From: an uncultured Acidobacteriota bacterium
Lineage (GTDB): Bacteria > Acidobacteriota > Terriglobia > Acidiferrales > UBA7541
Direction of reading: 5' to 3'
NCBI GenBank assembly: GCA_963766985.1
Contig: CAVYCJ010000001.1
Span: 45,634 to 109,633, forward strand
Length of the DNA: 64,000 bases
The position numbers were made by a program, and so were the translations under genes. The notes under the pieces were generated by a model. The model was not told the origin of the DNA, did not search any database, and saw only the letters and a list, made by a program, of their open reading frames with translations. Shown piece after piece: positions 56,037 to 64,000 of the stretch; within the stretch, counting starts at the first letter, position 1; every line of letters starts with the position of its first letter.

Positions 56037-56159
56037 CGAGGCGCGCTCGATTCGGGCGAGTTCGATTCCGTCTCGTTCGCCGGAGTGCCGCAGTATTGTG
56101 TCGTTCGCTCGATCATGAATGTCCGCATAACGGTCGAAACTCGAAAATCGATCAAAGGC

Positions 56160-57380
56160 TTAGTGCTGCAACGAATTCTTGAATTGCAGGAACAGGCTGC
56201 CGTTCCCGATGACATGCTCGCCATCTTTTAGTCCGTCCGAAATCAACGTCCGGCCATTTTCGCTGTCACCGATTTTCACGAGCCGACGCGCGAACTTGTT
56301 CGCATCGGTTTGCACGTAAACGAATGGCGCGTTCTCTGTGTCTCGCAATACGGAGGCATCCGGAACGGTCAAGGCGTCGGCGAGCGCGCCGGCGTGAACG
56401 TTTGCCGTTACGTACATATCCTTTTTCAATTTGTATTGTGGGTTCTGCGTGACGATGCGCGCCTGAATAGTGCGCGTATTCGGATCGAGCGCGTCCGCGA
56501 TGTACGAAATTTTTCCGTGGAACGTGTCGGGATACGAATCGGTTGTGATTTCGACATTGTCACCGACGCGCACGTACGCCATGTCGCTCTGATAGACGTT
56601 GACGAGCACCCAGACGGTGCTCATGTCGGAAATTGTGTAGCACTGCGTCGAGCCGGCTTGCAGAAGCTGTCCGGGGCCGACGAGCAGCTCGGTGATCTGT
56701 CCTGCGACTGGCGCGGGCACCGGAATCTGGCCGGTATTTTTCGGCGGCTCCTTTACCAGCGCCTCGGGGTCGTGAATTCCGAGTGCGCGCAGGCCATCGG
56801 CGGCGGCTTCTTGATCGGCGAGCGCTTGGGCGCGATCCGATTCCGCTTGTTGCAAATCGCGCTCGGCGATCGCTTTGTGCTCGAGCAAATCTTTCGAACG
56901 TTCGTAGTTCTTGTCGGCGAGCTGGAACGCACTGACGGCTTTCAAATAGGCGGAGCGCGCGGTCGAGTAGTCTGGGCTCGTTACCGTCAACAGGGTTTGT
57001 CCTGCGTGCACAACCTGGCCGGGCTCCGCGATGATTTCCTGGACCGGACCACCGACTGCGCTGAAGACTGGCGTCGTCTTGAATGCGTTATAGGCAACCG
57101 CACCTGTGAGGCGGAGCGTGCGAGGCACTTTCGATTTTTCGACAGTGACGACTTGCACGTGCGACATCTGGTCTTTTGGAACGGTGAATAAATCGGCCGT
57201 GTCGTTCTTGTTCTCGCCTGTCGAGTACGAAGTCATCTGGGCTTCGTTCGCGCTGTCGCTTGAGCCGCAGCCTGCCGCGAGCCACGCACACCCTAGCGCG
57301 ATCGCCGCGATGCGTGCTCGTCGTCGGGGCGCAGCGGAACGCAGTCCATGCAGTCGATCAAACGGCTTGCGAACGTTCAT
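56160..57380 (-). CDS. RND efflux periplasmic adaptor (membrane fusion protein)
   Basis: Lipoprotein-like N-terminus (IAAIALGCAWLAAGCGS), a coiled-coil hairpin region and a beta-barrel C-terminus. It overlaps the upstream gene by 4 nt (57377..57380). Confidence 0.85.
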   Translation of the reverse strand: MNVRKPFDRLHGLRSAAPRRRARIAAIALGCAWLAAGCGSSDSANEAQMTSYSTGENKNDTADLFTVPKDQMSHVQVVTVEKSKVPRTLRLTGAVAYNAFKTTPVFSAVGGPVQEIIAEPGQVVHAGQTLLTVTSPDYSTARSAYLKAVSAFQLADKNYERSKDLLEHKAIAERDLQQAESDRAQALADQEAAADGLRALGIHDPEALVKEPPKNTGQIPVPAPVAGQITELLVGPGQLLQAGSTQCYTISDMSTVWVLVNVYQSDMAYVRVGDNVEITTDSYPDTFHGKISYIADALDPNTRTIQARIVTQNPQYKLKKDMYVTANVHAGALADALTVPDASVLRDTENAPFVYVQTDANKFARRLVKIGDSENGRTLISDGLKDGEHVIGNGSLFLQFKNSLQH

Positions 57381-58699
57381 GGCAGATCCCTCGTTCCCAC
57401 GGCTTGGCGCATCTGTTCGAGAGCCGTCATGTAGCTCGCCAGTGCTTGGCGGTATGCAAGTTGGTTGGAGCGGTAGGTTCGTTCCGCGTCCAGGAAATCG
57501 AGGAGGCTCGCGGCGCCGCGCTTGTAGGCGTATTCCGTGATATCGCGGGACTGCTTGGCCTGATCGATGTATCCGTTCTGATAGAGCTGAATAATTTCGT
57601 TGTTTGATCGCAGAGCGGCGTAAGCATCCATGATGTCGGTGTTCACTTGTTGCGCGGTCTCGAGAGCGGTTTCTTCGGCTTGCGTGATCGCAAAGCGCGC
57701 TCTGGCGATTTCGCCCTGATTGCGATCAAAAATCGGCAGATCGATGTTGAAGAAAAAAGCGCCGCTATTGATTCCAGCGGTATGCGTGTAGTCGAAGCTG
57801 ACGCCCAGGTCTTTCTTTCCGTTTGCCCGTTCCAAGGCTTCCTGGCTTCGGGCGGCGGTTACGCCCTCCTGGGCCGCGCGCAGGTCGGGCCGATCCTGCA
57901 TCGCTAAACCCTTCAGAGCCTGCAAATCCGCGTGGACTGGCTGGTAGTCCAATTCGCCGGTAACGTCGAAATCATCGGCAACAGACTCAAATCCAATAAA
58001 CTGCCGCAAGCCTGCCAGAGCTTGAATCTTCGCGAGCTTCGCCGCTGACACATCACTCTGAAACTGGAGCAGCTGTAATTTGATCTTCAGCAGATCGCTC
58101 TCGCTCATGTCGCCGGTTTTGTAACGCGATTCGCTGATGTCGACGGTCTGCTGAAAACTTGCCGCGTCCTGGTTGGCTAGGTCCAGCGTCGATTGTGCCA
58201 GCAGCACGGAGATGAATTGCTGGCTTGTGTTGAAGACCAGGGTGCGCTCGTTGTCGGTAACAGTGGATCGAGACACCGCGGTCTGATCCTTCGCCGCTTG
58301 CAAGCGGTGCTGACGCTTTTTGCCGCGTTCGATCAGATAACTAATTCCAACATCGAACTGCGCCTGATTTTCAAGATAGTCGGCGTTGAACTGACTCGGA
58401 TTGAACAGAGGAAAGAATTGAGAGTCCCAGGAAAGGTTGGGATTTGGCCGAAGATTCGCCGTCACTTCCTCAGCTTCGTTTTGCAAGATTGTCGTGCGTG
58501 ATGCTTGCAGGGCATGGTTGTGCTGCAGCGCCAAACGAATCGCGTCGTCGAGCGAAAGCTTCGTAGGAGCATTTGCCGCAGGCGTCGGCGCAACGGCGGG
58601 CGGAGCCTGTGGCGGCAACGGCGGCATCTTCTGCCCTTGGCCTGCGGCCAAAGTGGGCAGAGCCAGAAATACCGTGGCAAACGCCAATCCTTTCTTCAT
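57377..58699 (-). CDS. TolC-family outer membrane efflux protein
   Basis: 440 aa with a signal peptide (MKKGLAFATVFLALPTLAAG) and duplicated OEP helical/beta repeats. Confidence 0.85.
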   Translation of the reverse strand: MKKGLAFATVFLALPTLAAGQGQKMPPLPPQAPPAVAPTPAANAPTKLSLDDAIRLALQHNHALQASRTTILQNEAEEVTANLRPNPNLSWDSQFFPLFNPSQFNADYLENQAQFDVGISYLIERGKKRQHRLQAAKDQTAVSRSTVTDNERTLVFNTSQQFISVLLAQSTLDLANQDAASFQQTVDISESRYKTGDMSESDLLKIKLQLLQFQSDVSAAKLAKIQALAGLRQFIGFESVADDFDVTGELDYQPVHADLQALKGLAMQDRPDLRAAQEGVTAARSQEALERANGKKDLGVSFDYTHTAGINSGAFFFNIDLPIFDRNQGEIARARFAITQAEETALETAQQVNTDIMDAYAALRSNNEIIQLYQNGYIDQAKQSRDITEYAYKRGAASLLDFLDAERTYRSNQLAYRQALASYMTALEQMRQAVGTRDLP

Positions 58700-58776
58700 G
58701 AAAGAGACCCCATGTCTCGCAAAGAGACAGACAAAACGAGCGATTGGAACTGTAACGAATGAGAAGGGAGAGAGGA

Positions 58777-59052
58777 CTACGCGAGGGAAGGAGGTGCGCG
58801 CGGTGAAGTGGTGCGCGCGATATCGGTGGAAAGCTCGAACGCAACCGCGACAATTTCCAGCCTACCGAGAACCGGAATCATCGCTACGCTCAACACCGGC
58901 GTGAAAATTGCCGAGCCAACCGTGGCACAGAACGGGCAAGTATGCGAGGCGTAGCCGCCCGCGTTCGTGTCCGCACACAAATGGAACTGCCCGGCCAGGA
59001 ACAGAAGAGCGAGCAGGCAGACAAAGAACAGCCGGACGTGTTTTCCACTCAT
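58777..59052 (-). CDS. Small membrane protein with Cys/His motifs (possible metal-binding accessory protein)
   Basis: From ATG 59052: MSGKHVRLFFVCLLALLFLAGQFHLCADTNAGGYASHTCPFCATVGSAIFTPVLSVAMIPVL... It has two hydrophobic spans and the motifs H-L-C and H-T-C-P-F-C. It lies directly upstream of the efflux operon. No family recognised. Confidence 0.35.
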   Translation of the reverse strand: MSGKHVRLFFVCLLALLFLAGQFHLCADTNAGGYASHTCPFCATVGSAIFTPVLSVAMIPVLGRLEIVAVAFELSTDIARTTSPRAPPSLA

Positions 59053-59252
59053 GTGATTAATAAGACGAAGCTTAGGCAAGAATGGTTGTCAGGTCAAGCG
59101 ATTCAATGGCGCTAAGTGGACAATCCGCAGGGGATCCTAACGTATTCCGTCAAGACTTGCCCGTTCGCCGGGTTCGATAACGCTGGCCCAGTAAAAGGAT
59201 GCTGGCCCTAAGTCGTGGTAACTGAGAGCCCAAGCACTGGGCACGTGAATTC

Positions 59253-60243
59253 TTACTTCACTTCTGCGCGGAACGGATACGACGCAAGCAACTCCGAAGC
59301 GCCGTTTGTAGCGTCATGCGTCAGTTGCAGCAGGTACATTTTCGAGCGCAGCAGATTCGCCGGAACGGTGACCGACACATACGTGCCGTCGTTGCCAGGC
59401 CGAAGAGTTCCGCTGTGCCACAAGACTTTTTGCGTCGTGGGATCCATCAGTTGCGCCCGATAGGAGTTCTCATTGTTGGAGCCGAGCCCCAACGACAGGA
59501 CGACCAATCCCGTTCCCGCTGGAACGTTCACCGTTGGAACGGTGCTGGCGCCTCGAGTCGGAGAGGGAAGGAACATCGTCACGGTTGCGACGTTGTCGAG
59601 GCCATGCGCCAGATCATCGGGCGCACCACTTTTCTGGCCGCTGCCGTTCGCCGCGGCATGCTCCTCGTTCAACTTCGCTGCCAGTTCTGTTGTTTCCTTT
59701 TTCGTTTGCGCGACTTCGCTGCGCAAACGCTTGTTGCGGCTGGCGAGAAATCCAACAGCGATGATCAGAATGAGAACCGCGGCCGCGAATCCCAACACTG
59801 GCCACGCGCGGAGTATCGCCAGAAGCGATCCGCCGATTCTCGGCGCAGGCGGAACTTCGCCGTACGAAAACTTCGGCGCGACGCTTGCCGCAGACGCTCC
59901 GGCTGTCCCGATCGCCGGTTTCGGCTCGGGCGCGACGCTTAGATGGAGCTTCTTTTGCCGCATCGAAGATCGACACAATCGTCCGGGCAGCCTCAACCTT
60001 TTGCACGCGCAAGGGTGAGGAAAGATACCAACTTTGGAATCTCGCGAGACTTGGGCCTTCCAGCTCTCCTCGCACATAGTTGTCCACGAGATCGAACTCC
60101 ATCGCATTCAAGCGGTTAGCGAGATCCTCGTCGACAATCGACGCCTCTTCGACGGGTTCCGCTTCGTCTACGGGCAGAGAGCCAAGTAGATAGCGGAGGA
60201 GTACCGCGTCGCTAGGCTCGATTTTTTCAAGATCAGGCATCAT
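59253..60243 (-). pseudogene. Anti-sigma-factor-like single-pass membrane protein, frame interrupted
   Basis: N-terminus in ORF 59614..60243 (MMPDLEKIEPSDAVLLRYLLGSLPVDEAEPVEEASIVDEDLANRLNAMEFDLVDNYVRGEL...SIFDAAK). The TM and extracytoplasmic part are in ORF 59253..60107 (KLHLSVAPEPKP...AWPVLGFAAAVLILIIAVGFLA...). A +1 break lies near the T4 run at 59953..59956. Confidence 0.55.
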
Positions 60244-60280
60244 CCCTCTGTTGAATTAAGGCTCTCCTCGGCAAGATGTG

Positions 60281-60892
60281 TCATGCCTCGTTTTTCTTCA
60301 TGCTCGTTTCGACGCAGGCTTCGAGCTTCTGCCGAACGCGACTCGCACGAATACTGAGCCCATTCGCCGTCAGTCCGAGTTGCGTCGCAAGTGCGGCGCG
60401 GCGCTCGATCTTGTCTCGCTGGTGACCGCGATAGTATTCGACGATCAAGTCCCGTTCTGCGGTTGAAAGATTCTTAAGGCAGTCCTCGAGGCAACCAGCG
60501 ATTTTCTCTTTATGTTCGGGCGCGGAGTCGGCTTCCAAGAGAGGCGCAGACTGCCCTGGAAGGCTGCTTGGATTCGAGTTGGACAAAGGCCGATGAAACG
60601 GCGCGCGCTTTTCCGCCCGCAATGTCTCTAAGAACACGTATTTCGCGACGATATAACAATACTGAAGCGGCCCGACGTCGGTGATCTCGCCGCTTTCTTC
60701 CAGCTTTCGAGCGACGCGGTTCAGCGTTTCGTCGGCGAGTTCGCCGGGTGCGACGCAATTCTTTCGATCGAAATAGAGTTCAAGCCGTCGACGCACTTCC
60801 AGGTACCTTTGGCCGTCGGAGTCTGTTCCCTCGTCGAGCCAATGCACAAATTCTCGGAATATGGTTTCGGTCGGCTGCTTTGGTCCCACCAT
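60281..60892 (-). CDS. Sigma-70 family (ECF-like) sigma factor
   Basis: Region-4-like HTH (LSTAERDLIVEYYRGHQRDKIERRAALATQLGLTANGLSIRASRVRQKL). It lies upstream of an anti-sigma-like gene. The N-terminal region is divergent. Confidence 0.65.
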   Translation of the reverse strand: MVGPKQPTETIFREFVHWLDEGTDSDGQRYLEVRRRLELYFDRKNCVAPGELADETLNRVARKLEESGEITDVGPLQYCYIVAKYVFLETLRAEKRAPFHRPLSNSNPSSLPGQSAPLLEADSAPEHKEKIAGCLEDCLKNLSTAERDLIVEYYRGHQRDKIERRAALATQLGLTANGLSIRASRVRQKLEACVETSMKKNEA

Positions 60893-61124
60893 TGGCCCCA
60901 GATGCCTGCGCGGATTCGGTTGATTCTACATGAACCAGCGTTTCCGGAGACGGAGGATAACGGCTGATTCGCCGCTTCGATTGGATTGTTCAAAGCTCCT
61001 AAATGGTTTTGCCATTTGGTCTTACGATCGATAGGCAGGGATGTCCAATCGAACGGCTGACGGCACTGGGTTCGCTGGAGACGGAAGGGAAGTGACGCGA
61101 CGAAGCGACCGCGTCTTTTCTACT

Positions 61125-62015
61125 TCACGAATACCGCATATTTTCGAGATCCGTGATCAGTCCCGGCCCGGTCGGAGTCCATCCCAATTGCTGCCGCGTC
61201 TGCGCGCTCGACGACCGAATATCCAGCCCCGCGAAGTGTGCGAGCCAACCAAAATGTTTGGTCGCTTCTTCCGGAGTCATTGAAACGACAGGCACCTTCA
61301 AGCCGCGACCAACGACCGTCGCAATATCGAGCCCCGACACGCCTTCTTCCGCAACGGCGTGATACACCGCTCGTTTCTCAGTCTTCTCCAACGCCAGCCG
61401 ATACAGCCGCGCAGTGTCGAGCCGCGGCGCCGCCGACCAACGATTTGTTCCGTCGCCGACGTAGGCCGAAATCCCTTTCTCGCGCGCAATCTGAATCGCG
61501 AACGAAACGAGCCCCTGCTTTTCCGTGTCGTGTATTTGAGAAAGCCGCATAATCGCGACGCGAACGCCTTTATCCGCAAGCGCCGTCGTTGCCTCTTCTG
61601 AAGCCGCTCGAGGGAACTGCTTCGAGCTTATTGGTGGATCGTTCTCCGTCCCCAGCTGGCCCGGCGCGCATTGCGCCAATGCCGTGCCCGACGAAACGAT
61701 CAACAACTTATCCGTCCCGACGAGCGCGCTGCCCAGCGTCTCAATCACTTTCCGATCTGACTCGCAGTTCTCCACAAATTTCGAAAAATCGTGGTTGAAC
61801 GCCGTGTGAATTACAGCGTCAGTCTTCGTTGCTCCTTCGCGCAGATTCTCTGCATTTGCTACGTCACCCCGCAGCACGTCAGCCCCGGCTTCTTTCAGCG
61901 CTTTTGCACCTGCATCGCTTCGAGATAATCCGAGCACCTTGTGCCCCGCATCGAGCAGCTCTCGAACAACCGCCGATCCAATGAATCCGTTCGCCCCTGT
62001 CACAAAAACGCGCAT
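61125..62015 (-). CDS. NAD(P)-binding SDR/NmrA-like oxidoreductase
   Basis: MRVFVTGANGFIGSAVVRELLDAGHKVLGLSRS Rossmann motif. 296 aa. Confidence 0.8.
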   Translation of the reverse strand: MRVFVTGANGFIGSAVVRELLDAGHKVLGLSRSDAGAKALKEAGADVLRGDVANAENLREGATKTDAVIHTAFNHDFSKFVENCESDRKVIETLGSALVGTDKLLIVSSGTALAQCAPGQLGTENDPPISSKQFPRAASEEATTALADKGVRVAIMRLSQIHDTEKQGLVSFAIQIAREKGISAYVGDGTNRWSAAPRLDTARLYRLALEKTEKRAVYHAVAEEGVSGLDIATVVGRGLKVPVVSMTPEEATKHFGWLAHFAGLDIRSSSAQTRQQLGWTPTGPGLITDLENMRYS

Positions 62016-62187
62016 GTCTTCTCCTCCTGAGTAGGCACTCCGTGCCGCACCTTCATCTCGTCAGTCGCGGTCTGAGCAAACCGGAGACTGACTCCATATA
62101 CTTAGATAAACGGAGACTATCTCCGGTTACATGAGGTCGGCGACCACGTTGGAATGAACGTCCAGGTTGGAAGGTTGGGACAACTTT

Positions 62188-63156
62188 TTACGCGCGAAAG
62201 CGCAGCGGGATAACTTCGGGGCTGTGTTGCTTCAGAGATGGACCTTGAGGCGATGTGCTCCCTAGTCGATCCGTTCGTCCGACCGACGGTGCTCGCCTCA
62301 ATCCGGGTCGCACGTCGCTCGACCTCGACTCAAGTCCTTCCCCGGAGCCGAATTCGTCCGTGTCAGCGGCCAGAGGGTTCGCAAGCACGCCGTCATTCGA
62401 CATGATGACGGCGCGTTCGACGAGGTTTTGAAGCTCCCTTATATTCCCGGGCCAGGAATACGACCTAAACGCCTTCATCGTCCTCGGGGGTACTCGGACA
62501 ATGCTCTTGCCCATGCGCTGCGAATAAACCTCCACAAAATGCATTACCAGCGCCGCGATATCGTCGCGCCTTTCCCGCAGGGCCGGCAGGTGAACAGGTA
62601 CTACGTGGAGTCGATAAAAGAGGTCGAGGCGAAACCGATTCTGTCGCACCAAACTCGGCAAATCCCGGTGCGTAGCCGTCACCAGCCGCACATTGACGCG
62701 TCGGGTCGTGCTGCTCCCAAGCCGCTCGAATTCCTGTTCCTGAAGCACGCGCAGCAGCTTCGGCTGCAATGCGAGAGGCAGGTCGCCGATCTCGTCGAGA
62801 AATAGCGTTCCGGAGTCGGCCAATTCAAAGCGGCCGACCCTGTCCGTGATGGCGCCCGTGAATGCGCCGCGTTCATGGCCAAATAACTCGCTCTCAAGTA
62901 GTTCCAACGGAATTGCTGCGCAGTTGAGTTTTACGAAGGGCCGTCCGCAGCGGGGGCTGATGTTATGGATCGCTCGCGCGATGAGTTCCTTGCCGGTTCC
63001 CGTCTCACCCAGCACGAGAACTGTCGAATCACTGGCTGCCACTCGGACGACCTGGTCGAGCACCGCTTCCAACGCCGCGCTATTGCCTACAATCTGCTCA
63101 AATCTACGCTCGGGAGAATGCCGTTCACTGGATCTACGATGTTCAATCGTTCTCAC
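62188..63156 (-). CDS. Sigma-54 interaction (AAA+) domain protein without receiver domain
   Basis: Preferred start GTG 63156, 4 nt after AGGAGG (CCTCCT at 63161..63166 on the + strand). Walker A GETGTGKE, GAFTGA loop, Walker B LFLDEIG, and YSWPGNIRELQN. I could not recognise a Fis-type HTH in the C-terminal 64 aa in any frame. Confidence 0.8.
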   Translation of the reverse strand: MRTIEHRRSSERHSPERRFEQIVGNSAALEAVLDQVVRVAASDSTVLVLGETGTGKELIARAIHNISPRCGRPFVKLNCAAIPLELLESELFGHERGAFTGAITDRVGRFELADSGTLFLDEIGDLPLALQPKLLRVLQEQEFERLGSSTTRRVNVRLVTATHRDLPSLVRQNRFRLDLFYRLHVVPVHLPALRERRDDIAALVMHFVEVYSQRMGKSIVRVPPRTMKAFRSYSWPGNIRELQNLVERAVIMSNDGVLANPLAADTDEFGSGEGLESRSSDVRPGLRRAPSVGRTDRLGSTSPQGPSLKQHSPEVIPLRFRA

Positions 63157-63178
63157 GGCACCTCCTGCAAGGTGATTC

Positions 63179-63565
63179 CTACCGCGCTCGATTCTCCATC
63201 GCTGCTCGCACGCAATCGAGCAGCACGTCCTCATCGAACGGCTTCGCGAGAAACTCGACCGCACCCGCCCGCAGAGCCTGCATTCGCATACTCTCGTCCC
63301 CGTGGGCTGTGATAAATACGATCGGGATCCTACGACGATCTGCGTTGAGCCGAGCCTGTAACTCCAGCCCCGACATTCCCGGCATCCGAATATCCGCCAC
63401 CAGGCATGCGACCTGGCTCAAGTCACCCGCCCCCAGGAACTCCTCGGCCGATGCGAACGACTGCGCAGGCAAGGACGCTTCCTTCATAAATCCCTGTAGC
63501 GCCGCACGAATTGACTCGTCGTCGTCGACAATGGCGACAAACTTTCGATCCATCTGATTGACCAT
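63179..63565 (-). CDS. Stand-alone response regulator receiver (CheY-like)
   Basis: FVAIVDDDESIRAAL...ACLVADIRMPGMSGLEL...PIVFITAHGD...FLAKPF. Start at ATG 63565 or 63553. Confidence 0.8.
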   Translation of the reverse strand: MVNQMDRKFVAIVDDDESIRAALQGFMKEASLPAQSFASAEEFLGAGDLSQVACLVADIRMPGMSGLELQARLNADRRRIPIVFITAHGDESMRMQALRAGAVEFLAKPFDEDVLLDCVRAAMENRAR

Positions 63566-63681
63566 CTTCGCTTTAGTTAATCCTTCCGGTGCGGTTGGGC
63601 ACAATCATACGTTTGTATGACTGGGAGGCATGGCCGGCGGCTTGTTCGGGGCTTCAAGGTTTGAGAACAAGAACATCGCTA

Positions 63682-64000
63682 TCAATTCGTAGGACGTTGC
63701 AGTTTCTCCGACATTTTGACCAACTCAGCCACGGAGTCGGCCTGCATCTTTCTCATTCCATTACCACGTTGGATTTTTACGGTGATTTCGCTCGTCCCGA
63801 GTTTGGCGGCGATCTGCTTGTTCAACATGCCCGTCGTTACCAGAGCCAGAACTTCGCGCTCGCGCGGGGTCAGCGAGTCATAGCGTCTTTGCAAGTCGGC
63901 CAGCTCGAGTCGCTGTTGGCGGCTCTTCCGATCCCGATCGACCGCTTGTCGAACGGCCGCGAGAAGCTCCTCGTTCCGGAACGGCTTGACCAGAAACTCC
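63682..64000 (-). CDS. FixJ/NarL-type response regulator, 5' end outside the window
   Basis: LuxR-type HTH ([43 protein letters not shown]). The upstream frame continues to the window edge (..[41 protein letters not shown]), which is the end of a receiver domain. Confidence 0.8.
   Translation of the reverse strand, partial: EFLVKPFRNEELLAAVRQAVDRDRKSRQQRLELADLQRRYDSLTPREREVLALVTTGMLNKQIAAKLGTSEITVKIQRGNGMRKMQADSVAELVKMSEKLQRPTN

Noticed and set aside
62034-62047. GGCAC...TGC on the minus strand upstream of the SDR gene, next to the sigma-54 activator.
   Set aside because: The GG-to-GC spacing is 9 nt instead of the canonical 11.
62188-62400. Search for a hidden Fis-type HTH of the sigma-54 activator in alternative frames, which would imply another frame break.
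   Set aside because: None of the three frames gave a convincing HTH_8-like segment. All alternative frames contain stops within ~40 codons, so I cannot claim a twelfth frameshift.
63157-63264. Possible frameshifted NtrC-type fusion. The receiver ORF and the AAA+ ORF overlap by 86 nt.
   Set aside because: The receiver ends with a normal stop (..AAMENRAR*). The AAA+ gene has its own AGGAGG-4 nt-GTG start at 63156. The overlapping upstream part of the AAA+ ORF is not protein-like.
1-64000. Scan for tRNA, rRNA, transposase/integrase genes and prophage or defence-island hallmarks.
   Set aside because: I saw no T-loop/acceptor-stem candidates in intergenic regions and no rRNA-like conserved blocks. 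I also saw no DDE/tyrosine-recombinase-like ORFs, nucleases, methylases or Cas-like proteins.

Overview
GC-rich bacterial chromosomal segment, roughly 60% GC by eye. It is probably Acidobacteriota. I infer this from two tandem ADOP-type MacB-like orphan permeases behind a PadR gene, Tat-signal ferritin-like paralogues, and a GTCATCCTGAG...GAAGGATC intergenic repeat; no search was run. I count about 55 protein-coding genes. I saw no rRNA, tRNA, CRISPR array, transposase or integrase.

Gene blocks:
- 0-11 kb: phosphodiesterase, two MFS transporters, GNAT, epimerase, DapA-like aldolase and dehydrogenases.
- 11-17 kb: PadR plus two ADOP permeases.
- 17-20 kb: ECF sigma, anti-sigma and a secreted protein.
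- 20-22 kb: ArsR, VOC and SRPBCC operon with a palindromic operator.
- 23-28 kb: Dyp peroxidase, two ferritin-like genes and a beta-lactamase-fold hydrolase.
- 34-45.4 kb: a C1/C2 cluster (glcF, PilZ, fhs, SMP-30 lactonase, glcE, glcD, glyoxylate/hydroxypyruvate reductase, MOFRL glycerate kinase).
- 45.6-50.4 kb: M1 aminopeptidase with HEAT repeats, a TPR-like secreted protein and msrA.
- 50.5-61 kb: hybrid histidine kinase, a CzcCBA-type RND efflux operon and an upstream sigma/anti-sigma pair.
- 61-64 kb: SDR, sigma-54 AAA+ protein, stand-alone receiver and a partial FixJ-type regulator.

Most interesting locus: 28.9-32.9 kb looks like an undescribed RiPP-like or peptide-signalling locus. Two small ORFs carry the same double-glycine leader motif (E-L-x-[DE]-D-x-L-x-x-V-x-G-G); one is only 58 aa and is missing from the ORF track. 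They flank a large TPR protein and a YkgJ/FliB-type cysteine-cluster protein whose C-terminus looks like a PqqD-type RiPP recognition element.

Other notable signals:
- A hairpin-forming intergenic repeat family with 8-9 copies and compensatory stem changes.
- A second 37-nt repeat family with 2 copies.
- A 1.1-kb repeat-rich, AT-rich intergenic region at 41.8-42.9 kb.
- Eleven single-nucleotide reading-frame breaks, ten of them apparent insertions. These suggest consensus errors or widespread pseudogenisation.

All family assignments come from motif recognition by eye. No database search was run.
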